This document shows positions 54,625 through 64,000 of a DNA stretch of 64,000 nt, in pieces. This DNA comes from Octopus vulgaris (Eukaryota). The translations under genes were made by a program, and so were the position numbers. The first letter of the stretch is position 1. Every line of letters starts with the position of its first letter. The stretch is from contig OX597820.1 in NCBI GenBank assembly GCA_951406725.2, positions 12,152,001 to 12,216,000 on the forward strand. The letters run 5' to 3'. The notes beneath the pieces were generated by a model. It made no database searches. It saw only the letters and a program-made list of their open reading frames with translations, and had not been told where the DNA came from.

Positions 54625-55694
54625 ACGCTTTTAAATTAAAATTTCACTGAGATCAGCTTTGTCTTACATCCTTCTGAGTTAAAAAAAACTTGAGTACGTT
54701 CTCGGTATAATCGACTATATACTTTCTCAAAATTTGAGGTATTTTGTGTATATTAGAAATAAATATTAGAGAAAGATAATGGCAAATTATCAAAATGATA
54801 TACTAATTGAACCCACCCTCTAATCTGAATTCAAGTTCAAATTCACATTTAGATCGTAGCCACTTGTGCTGAGCTAGTAACCTTTTCGTTCGATTATAGA
54901 AAAGAAAATAGAAAGTAAATGAAATTTTTCTTTGAGTGTCTTGTGTCTGAAACATTCATCTATTTATAAGAAAAGATATTTTGGTCATTTCAAAAGGTGA
55001 ATGAGAGAATAGAGGATACTCGAGTGGCCAAACGTCTTTAATAATAATAAAAAACAAACAATATATCTAGCTGGAAACCAGTTAAGTAGATTTTGCAATG
55101 GAACGAGAAGAGGGCTACTCCGAACGGAGCCCTATAGCTGAACTAACGAATGTATACCCCCACCCTTCATCGTCGTTAATATAAATACCATAGAGTTTTA
55201 GTTTAATTTGCGAAAAGAATCTACAAAAGTTCACGCCGTGTTTTAAAAATATGCCGGATGAACTTTTTGTCGCATTGTAATTATCTGAGAAAAGATGGCT
55301 TACCAGAAAAATATTTTCCGTGTTCTGTTTCATTGGCTCGTTCATGAGAAATATGCTTGCTAACTACCAATCCGTTTAGAAAATGTCACGCTATTTTTTG
55401 TTTCGAATGAAGAAATAGCTCACTATCATTATTCATAAAAGAATGTCAGATGCTAATTTTTTCAGAGTGTCAAATAGTTAAAAATATAACCTAACCTTCT
55501 AGTTCAATTTTAAGAACACACAAGGAATAAAAGGCAATCATATTTTTTGAAAAGTGGTTTACGTTTTTCATACGTGATTCGTGTGTTGTATGATATTTCT
55601 TAGTTGATCAAATTAGCGGTTACCAGGGAAGAAGAAAACTTCCCATCAACATTGAAAATATTTTATTATTATTATTATACAAGGATTATACAGT

Positions 55695-55895
55695 AAGATA
55701 GCAGAATCATTACCACGCCGAAGAAAATGCTTAACTGCATTTCTTCCGGCTTTACGTTCTGATTTCAAATGCCTTCGATGACGACTTAGCCTTTTATCCT
55801 TTCGGGGACAATAAAATAAATATCAGTTGAGCACTGGAGCCGATGAAATTCCCTAGCCTCTTCCACATAAATTTCAGGCCTTCTGTCTATAATAC
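55695..55895 (+). mobile_element. Family A SINE (older copy)
   Basis: GCAGAATCATTACCACGCCG..TTACGTTCTGATTTCAAAT..GCCTTTTATCCTTTCGGGGAC. Confidence 0.75.
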
Positions 55896-56092
55896 AAATG
55901 ATTATTATGCAAAGACATTCGTTTAATTTTGTTGAAAGTTGATAAATATAAGTCACAATTTCTTTCGTAGAAATGTAAATTAGAAAACGGTTTCCAGTCA
56001 AATCATTTAGAAGATGGTATCTGTTTATATATGCGAAAATATTCACCATTTATTCCCGCAATTTGCCAGAAACATTTTCTAGCACTAAATAT

Positions 56093-56515
56093 GGATCTTT
56101 TCGGTTTGAACGGCAGTTTTTAACATAATTTCTAGGTAACTAAAAAATTTTAAACTTCGTATACTGGTAGAATGTGTTTATAAAACATCTTTTTCTCTTG
56201 GCTTTATTGAGAAAATTCTATAGTTTGTAAGATATTTGTTGTATTTTTTTCTTCAATTTCTGCAATTTCACCCAATCACTGACGTCCATTGAGGTAAACA
56301 ACATTCTGTGCCGTATGAATATGTCCCTCGTTTAAGAAACAGATTGGGTTTATTTACATTTGTGAAGAAAAAAAGATACCCATCCCCCACCCCTAACCCT
56401 AACCCTAACCCTAAAATAGATTGAAATGCAATAGATCGATACTGGGGTCATAATTATGGGTGACAATTTCATATGACACCGCTAGAAAAAACTGCCGTTC
56501 AAACGGAAAAGATCC
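56093..56515. mobile_element. MITE with 29-bp TIRs starting GG and an 8-bp TSD (Merlin-like)
   Basis: GGATCTTTTCGGTTTGAACGGCAGTTTTT / AAAAACTGCCGTTCAAACGGAAAAGATCC (1 mismatch); CTAAATAT at 56085-56092 and 56516-56523; internal (CCCTAA)4. Superfamily is an inference. Confidence 0.88.
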
Positions 56516-56884
56516 CTAAATATTATTACACCCTGTTTTGTGATAGAAAGAGACACGGCATAACTTTATTATTGGATAGTGTATTAGTAGAGTCGCTGGA
56601 GCCTCGGACAACATTGTGGTTCATTCATGGCCACTTATATTCTGAATTAATCCAATTAAGTTCAAATTTGCATCTCATTCGTTCTGGATCGGATAAAGCA
56701 CTGGGGTAGATTTAACTTGCTGCCTATCTGTACCTGCATGCAATGGGCTAGCATGGTACAGTACAACGCAAATCCTCGGCCAACAGTTGAACTCCGATGA
56801 CGGAGATGATTTTACACACCAATAATTGGTGATTTTACTCTGCCGCCACAGCAATGTTATCAATCTGTAACAGCCTATATTACT

Positions 56885-56933
<49 letters not shown>

Positions 56934-57847
56934 TGCATGCATCCTATAATTCATTCATATGTACAAACTATCTAAAAGCGGAATGGTTTAAAAAAGGATC
57001 TTTAGTGAAAAGGATTGTTTTAGAAGTATGAGCTTTACTTATATATGCTTGGTTGTGTATATTTTGTACGCTAACAATGTGAATATGTGCACGCATCTGT
57101 CAATGCAATTCATATACTTCGCAGGATAAGAGCACACATCTATATACGTGTGTCTGTGTGTGTGACTTTATATAGGAAAATGTCAGATGTAGAACAGTTG
57201 TGTACATGGATCCACTTTTATACAAAATGTGTATGAAAGCATAGTTTTATGTGAGCATGCGAGTGTGCGCGTGGTCGCGTACCTGAACAATTAATTCACT
57301 CAACTTAGATTTCAAATAGCTTTAAGAAATATGATAGCTATTGTTGTATACACGCTAGCTAGCAAAACGAGCAGGAGAATTATCAGTAATAGCAGCAGAC
57401 TCACTTGGGATGGAATCTTAAAAGCAATATCAGCAGCGTTAGTAGTAACAGTAGCTTTATTGTAACAGTCTTAGTATAGATAGTAACAGCTGGAGCATTA
57501 GGAGACGCAGCAGTGATAGCGATAATTCCAGTCGTGTGTAAATGATTCAGTAGTAACAAATATGATAGCACAAGCAGTAGCAATGATAAAAGCAATAACG
57601 GTTCAATTAAATGCTTTGCCAAAGTTATATTTCCTTTGCTATGTGGGTTCAAATCCCACCAGAGGTGACATTACTCTGAAAACTATTTTCAATAAATCTT
57701 CTACTTTGCGCCATTGTTAAAAATTCATAAACTTCCAAATTGATCGACTGGAAATTGAAACTTTAATTTTGCAAATAAATTTTGAATACTTGCATTAGTA
57801 TTCATACAGAGTTGCTCTGTGTATATAAACAAGATGCTATTATTTAG

Positions 57848-57902
<55 letters not shown>

Positions 57903-57904
<2 letters not shown>

Positions 57905-58079
57905 ACTAAACCTTTTTTTCATTTTCTCTCTCTGCTTATTTCTGTGTTCCTTTCTGTTGAAGAGCGTAGGCTCGAAACGTTAAAGACTTTCTCACTTTCC
58001 GAGCGTTAAACTAATACATCTGTTTGTTGTTTACATACCCGTCTTCGTCTTTTCCTTTTGTTTTTTGTAAATTCCAACT
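57903..58079 (+). mobile_element. (TA)n-embedded element with hammerhead-like core, unit 1
   Basis: CTTT-CTGTTGA-A-GAGC(GTAG)GCTC-GAAACGTT-AAAG at 57950-57985. Confidence 0.7.
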
Positions 58080-58099
58080 ATATATATATATATATATTA

Positions 58100-58282
58100 T
58101 CATGTTGAACCGTTGATCCCTATACATTTTTTCTCTCTCCGTTTTTTACCCTCTTAATGCTTTCTGTCGAAGAGTGTAGGCTCGAAACGGCAAAGACTCT
58201 TACATTTATTCCCGACCGTTAAACTAATACACCTGCTTGTTGTTCCTTCACCTGTCTTCGTCTTTTGTTTTCTGTAAATTTG

Positions 58283-58286
<4 letters not shown>
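58100..58286 (+). mobile_element. (TA)n-embedded element with hammerhead-like core, unit 2
   Basis: CTTT-CTGTCGA-A-GAGT(GTAG)GCTC-GAAACGGC-AAAG at 58160-58195; rest homologous to unit 1. Confidence 0.7.
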
Positions 58287-58332
<46 letters not shown>

Positions 58333-58337
<5 letters not shown>

Positions 58338-58544
58338 TAATCCAAACAAGAAAGCACAAAAAAACACAACAACGCGAGGACGTGGAACAAATATAGTGTT
58401 ATTGGACGCTCAGGAAAGAAGGAAAGAAGGAGGGTTTAACGTTTCGGGCGAGCGGAGCTCTTCGTCGGAAGCATAGGAGAATGAAAGATCTATGCAAATG
58501 TACGGTACTAAATCGCCATCGGTACACACGAGGTCACATTTTGA
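58333..58544 (-). mobile_element. (TA)n-embedded element with degenerate hammerhead core, unit 3
   Basis: Homologous to 34068-34280; minus-strand core CCGACGA-A-GAGCTCCGCTC(GCCC)GAAACGTT. Confidence 0.75.
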
Positions 58545-58549
58545 TATAT

Positions 58550-58614
<65 letters not shown>

Positions 58615-59451
58615 TATATACTTATCATATGTATATAATTGGTTTACATTTCCTTTCCTAGTTTTGTGGCATTATGAAAATTAGAATAAAGATATATACA
58701 GTTGTCAGTTTGTCAGTTTAGTGGCCTGATAGCTAGAGATTGCAACATGTAATTACTAGATAGTTCATAATAAGCATATTCGGTCCATCGCCGCGTGAAT
58801 TCTGCGCTCGATGCGGAATCGAAAGCAAAATCTGTTATACGGGCGGAAATAATCGGATCGTAAATGGTTACCAATACCGACAAGATGCTCTAGAATACAT
58901 CATACTGTTCTACGGCAATGGCTGTTTTGTTCTGCTATTGGCTGCTGTGCGTATAACTCTCCGAATGAGTGTTACTAGTAACTGAGAAAACTATTAGAAC
59001 TGAAATATTTTGTAAGTATTTCTATGAAAAAATATCGATGATTCAAAATTACATCCGATTGTTCACTACTTGAAGTATCAGGAATCGCATTGGATGTCTC
59101 ACGCTTTCAGCACAATCGGAAGTTCACTCATGATGAAAGAAGCCGCCTCTTTCATCTAGCTCATTGAAATGTCAAAATACTATGAGGCAGAGGAATTGGT
59201 GATTAACCAAGAGGTTTACCGTAACGTAAAGCATCGATATAGTTTCTCTTTGTGGACTATATTGCAAGAATATGGTAGCATTGTGGATACGGGGTACAAT
59301 TCAAGGATAGAGTAAATGCCCTTCTCTAGAGCTGACTTTCTCAAATCAGTACGCTATATTATGGCTAAATTGAACCAAAGACCAACTGAAAAGACCAACT
59401 ATGTGGTTGTATGTATGTATGTATGTATGTATGTATGTATGTATGTATGTC

Positions 59452-60010
59452 ATATGTTATGTCAGGTCACTTTCGAGTGCTACTGGTAACATGTAACCCA
59501 GTACAACCTGTTGCATGGTCGGGTCGTTGCCGACTAAACCGGCAATCCCCACCAAGCTTGCTTGGTGAGGAGGGTGTTTATTGGACACCCTACGGGATGA
59601 AAAACAAAACCCGTCAAAGAGCGGAGGAACTCTTGAGAGTCAACGGCCATCCAATAAATGTCTTAAGGCTGTATCATGCGCGGGGTCAGAGAAATAATCG
59701 GACTGAATACCCGATCGGGCGATTAAACCATTGGGAGTGAAGGACTTCTAGCCTTTGTTAGGGCATCCTTCTAGGAGAAAGTAACTCAGGTAACTGGGAT
59801 AATCCCGACATAAAACCTGCGACTCAGTGGTTACCGATGATGTTGACTTGTTCTTCTTTTCGGATTATGGCTGCTGTTGCTTAGTGAGTGGGATTGACTC
59901 AGTGCACAGCCTTTCCTCACTTAAAAATCTTCTTGCACAAGCATTGCACGATAACAACATTGATTAAGCTTCGTGCAATGGCCTACTCAATAACGAGGGG
60001 GCAGCCACCA
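59452..60010 (+). mobile_element. Probable non-autonomous RTE-derived retroelement inserted in (ATGT)n
   Basis: GC-rich island of about 560 bp between (ATGT)n arrays; GGGCATCCTTCTAGGAGAAAGTAACTC..TAAAACC resembles the conserved RTE 5'-UTR motif GGGCAACC.GTCTAGGAGAAGGAAAACTC; 10-bp 3' stem CATTGCACGA/TCGTGCAATG. Confidence 0.65.
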
Positions 60011-60152
60011 TGTATGTATGTTTGTATGTATGTATGTATGTATGTATGTATGTATGTATGTATGTATGTATGTATGTATGTATGTATGTTTGTATGTTTG
60101 TATGTATGTGTGTATGTATGTATGTATGTATGTATGTATGTATGTATGTATG

Positions 60153-60183
<31 letters not shown>

Positions 60184-60208
60184 GTATGTATGTTTGTATA
60201 TATGTATG
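60010..60208. repeat. (ATGT)n tetranucleotide array
   Basis: Direct reading. Confidence 0.95.
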
Positions 60209-61744
60209 AAAGTTCTGAAAGTTCTCATTGGAAAAAAGAGGACAGTATTACTATTATAATTAATCTTGATGATCATATGGAGTGTGTTCCAGTGAAATAC
60301 ACTGAGATTTAAATATACAATAAGATTTTAATGTAAGTGTTGGATAAGAAACACTGAAGTGGCCTGATGTTATTGGGAAATATGCTTGTGGGCTTTGTAA
60401 TTCGAATGGGGAGCTCTTTCTTACATTGAGCTCCGAGCATGGTTTCATTATCAAAGCTATCTTCTAAGAACGGAGAAAGGTAATTAACTAGTATGCATCC
60501 GCGTTTGGAGCATGTACTCCAGAATCAGACAGAATAAATGTATATGTGTTGTATAAACTGCACAAGTGACGAGAAAGACACACTATCGCACATACCATAA
60601 CATTTTTTAGTCAAAAATAGCTTTAACAGGACTGGACTAAACCGTCCCAGCTGATAAAATTGTTACATGTTGATGAAGAAGAATGTGTCACTGTGGAAGG
60701 ATATTTGAATGGCTCTCCGGGATTATGGAAAACACCCCCCCCCACACACACACACAAACTGACAGTATAAGTGGGAGATGATTTCGTTTCACACTGCAAT
60801 GTATGATACAGTGGGACTTAAGCATATCTTCATACTACTGCGAACGTTACTATCAGTATAATGTGATTGACACCAAACGAGGCTTATCCTTTAACAACTG
60901 ATAGATTACTCATACAGACAAAACTGGATGCTAATCAGTTAAAGGAACTTAGATCAAGGCAACATATATATCAGTGACGTGATACTTGTTCGTGGTTATT
61001 GTATTCTTGGCTGTCATAATGCAGAATGCATGCAGAGCTTGGTAGATGCTGGTGGCAATGTTGGTGGCAATGGAGATCGGCTTGAGAATTTAGATCTTGT
61101 AAACTGAAATGCTTTATTTGTCATATCCCGATTAGAACCAAGTGTCTGTGTCTCAGTGACTAACTCAGTGACTAACTAGATAGCTGTTTGATTTCAAATT
61201 GTGAGTGACATATTGATTTTACTCTTCCGAGTTTCTCAGAAATGTATACATTTAACGCATTAGTATTGATTAATCGATTACTAACGAGAATTTAGTTCTG
61301 AAGATGTTATCTACCATATGCTGTACAGAGAAACGTAGATAAAGAATATATTAGCTGCGCAGTAAGTCCTTCACTCAAACGGAATTAACTTGAAAAATTT
61401 GTAGTTGTCATAGTTTCGTTCTGCGATTTTGATATTTCTTTATTATCATTAGAAAATGAAAATGGAGCTTCTCATTTTGTCTCCAATGGAGTTCACTTCA
61501 TGATTGTCCTGCATGCGGCATTCTACTGTTATCAAAACATCACTGTATTGAGTTTACCAGTCTAAGAGAACCTGCAAAAAGCACGATTGCAATCCAACGT
61601 TTACATAGAAAATGATGCAAAAGTGTGCACATATTTTTTGAAAATATGACATCAAAGCAGTTGAATAACTGCAATTTGGGTATTGTCACAGTTAATAATA
61701 TTGTCCTTCCACAAGACAGTAAACTATCGCAGTATCGTTATAAA

Positions 61745-62137
61745 TCTCTCTATATATAAAGCTGAAGTTGTCTATGTGTGGCAGGTTTGGTAGCCTGCAA
61801 CTCACACTATCTGCTCTGAGACCCTGCGGCGCAAGTTGACCAAAATTGAGAGTATGATTGAAGAAGGCTTGCTCTTCCTTCTGTGGAAGAAAAAATTCAA
61901 ATCGAACCATGTTAACACCAAAAATTATTTAAATCAAAAGGTGCTTTTTTTTCTATGAAAAATCCCTATTTTTTACGATTTTTTGACTGCCGTGTCACCA
62001 TTTTTCGGTGTATTTCAACCAGAAAAATATTCACCCAAAGAGAATATTAAGCTACATAATGCAAAATTTTTACTTTTCAAAAATTCCAATTCTAAAGGGT
62101 CGAAACAAACCCGAGCAACGCCGGCCGATACTGCTAG
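61745..62137 (+). mobile_element. Non-autonomous Helitron, complete
   Basis: A|TCTCTCTATATATAAAGCTGAAGTTG...CCCGAGCAACGCCGGCCGATACTGCTAG|T: 5' TC, GC-rich subterminal hairpin region, 3' CTAG, A|T target. Confidence 0.85.
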
Positions 62138-62568
62138 TAACTGTATAAAGGAAGACACGGTTATATGTTTGATGTACTGCTGTAACCCAACTATTTACAT
62201 AGAAGAGAAGGCAGAAGGAAACTCTGGTAGAATTGAAAATATCTATGCAAATGTACGGTACTAAATAGCGTCAATGTAATCGACGTAATCCAGCTTTCTG
62301 TTCACCAGAGTTGAAAATAATCACAATCAATACAGCAATACTAAAATTATCACAAAAATTGTTTCTTGAATCTAAAGAATGTGATTTCAAAATAATGTTA
62401 CCTATTCTATCGATTGTAGAAATGTGAACTGGGAACGGAAGACAGCATTACCGCAATGGAAGTGCCCTACTGTTTCTAGCATTTCACCAATTATGAAAAT
62501 AGCGTTTCAATACGGTGATGCTAAAATGATTACGTTGGCACATCGTTCTCTCTGTCTGTCTCTCTCTC

Positions 62569-62631
<63 letters not shown>

Positions 62632-63161
62632 GTGTATGTGTGTGTGTATACTTATGCATATATATATATATACATATATATATAGTTGCATATATAGTTG
62701 CATATATAGGTTTATATATATATGTAGGTCCCGGGTTGATTCGGGGTTAACCACAGTAAATAAGGTATATATAGCAGAGTAAAATTATATATATGTGTGT
62801 GTGTGTGTGTGTGTGCATGTGTATGTTTGTGTGTGTGTATGTGTATGTTTGTGTGTGTAGGTGTGTTTGTGTGTGTGTGTACATATGTATATATACGTGT
62901 TTGTCTTTACGTATCTACACCACACGCACATACACACTAACGCACATGCGCATATATGTATACATACATACATACATGCATACACACATAGTTTTAGTTT
63001 ATATCATGTTTTACCAAAGAATCTCCATTTTCGCTAAACAAAAACTAAAATATGTGAATCTGTAAACGCAGTACATTACATTCTAATTCAAGTATTCACA
63101 CACGCTGATTAAAGAGAGCATTGTTTAGATATTTTGGCCGAATATTTACTTTTATTCCATA

Positions 63162-63551
63162 CTAGCAGTATCGCCCGGCGTTGCTCGGGTTTGTAAGGGA
63201 AATAACTATATAAGCATTTTTAGAGAGTTATAGCCAAAAAATAGCAAAAAAATGCATTAAAAATGGAAAAAAACATTATAGTAATTTTTTTAAAAATCGT
63301 TAGCTCATCGTAGACAGTTTTAGAGAGTTACTTCCCTTATATAATAGCGAAAAAATGCATTAAAATGGAAAAAAATGATGGTAAATTATTTTTAAAATCG
63401 TAGACTCATCGTAGACGCGCGCTAATACCCAGAAGGGCTCGATATGAATCACGACTATAAGATACCTGGTTTTGGTTACATTGCACCGCAAAATGTGGGA
63501 GTAGTTAGGAATCTAAATCGTAGGAGACAGACACACAACTTCACTTTTATA
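63162..63551 (-). mobile_element. Non-autonomous Helitron with internal ~100-bp tandem duplication
   Basis: CTAGCAGTATCGCCCGGCGTTGCTCGGGTTTG is near-identical to the reverse complement of the 62137 end; other end CAACTTCACTTTTATATA matches the 5' end but lacks the terminal TC. Confidence 0.82.
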
Positions 63552-63582
63552 TATTCCATATATAATATTCAAAACGTGTGTA

Positions 63583-63910
63583 AGGCGGCGAGCTGCAGAA
63601 ACGTTAGCACGCCGGGCTAACGACTTTGCCTTCATCCTTTCGGGGTCGATTAAATAAGTACCAGTTACGCACTGGGGTCGATGTAATCGACTTAGTCTGT
63701 TTGTCTGTCCTTGTTTGTCCTCTCTGTGTTTAGCCCCTTGTAGGTAGTAAAGAAATAAGTATTTCGTCTGCCGCTACGTTCTGAGTTCAAATTCCGCCGA
63801 AGTCGACTTTGCCTTTCGATAAATTAAGTACTAGTTGCGTACTGAGGTCGATATAATCGACTGGCCCCCTCCCCCAAAATTTCGGGCCTTGTGCTGAGAG
63901 TAGAAATTAA
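63583..63910 (+). mobile_element. Dimeric family A SINE (head-body-tail1-body-tail2)
   Basis: GGCGGCGAGCTGCAGAAACGTTAGCACGCCGG..AAAGAAATA|AGTATTTCGTCTGCC..CCCCAAAATTTCGGGCCTTGTG. Confidence 0.88.
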
Positions 63911-64000
63911 TTTTTAAAACGTGAGTATATATATGTGTGTGTTTGCTTGTGAGTGTGTTAGAAATTCAAATCTCACTAGATGCATCTCCATAAATATCAA

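Noticed and set aside
56391-56414. Interstitial telomere or chromosome fusion site
   Set aside because: Only four units, located inside a MITE.
59465-59575. Canonical twister or HDV-like ribozyme call
   Set aside because: GAGGAGGG and CTAA motifs are suggestive, but the required pseudoknots could not be built by hand; kept only as an unclassified structured candidate.

Overview
AT-rich, microsatellite-dense eukaryotic intergenic or intronic DNA. The SINE families and repeat landscape resemble an octopus (coleoid cephalopod) genome, which is an inference from sequence recall and not a search result. I find no convincing host protein-coding exon: most supplied ORFs are read-throughs of (TA)n/(CA)n/(ATGT)n/(ATCT)n repeats or SINEs. 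The window contains: many tRNA-derived SINEs of at least three families; a young 5'-truncated CR1-type LINE (29.2-30.0 kb); two RTE-clade LINE 3' fragments; a probable non-autonomous RTE derivative in an (ATGT)n array; fossils of Penelope, Tigger/pogo, mariner and possibly hAT elements; three non-autonomous Helitrons; and a MITE with an 8-bp TSD. Most interesting: (1) short non-coding elements sitting in (TA)n tracts that carry minimal type-I hammerhead ribozyme motifs (Penelope-type), including a three-unit cluster at 57.9-58.5 kb; (2) a templated-insertion chain at 22.6-23.5 kb built from three nearby templates, with a near-perfect 163-bp inverted repeat; (3) a SINE tail matching the 3' end of an RTE LINE in the same window; (4) recurrent SINE-in-SINE dimers with a shared junction; (5) a hairpin-dense RTE-like element that may carry an unrecognised ribozyme.
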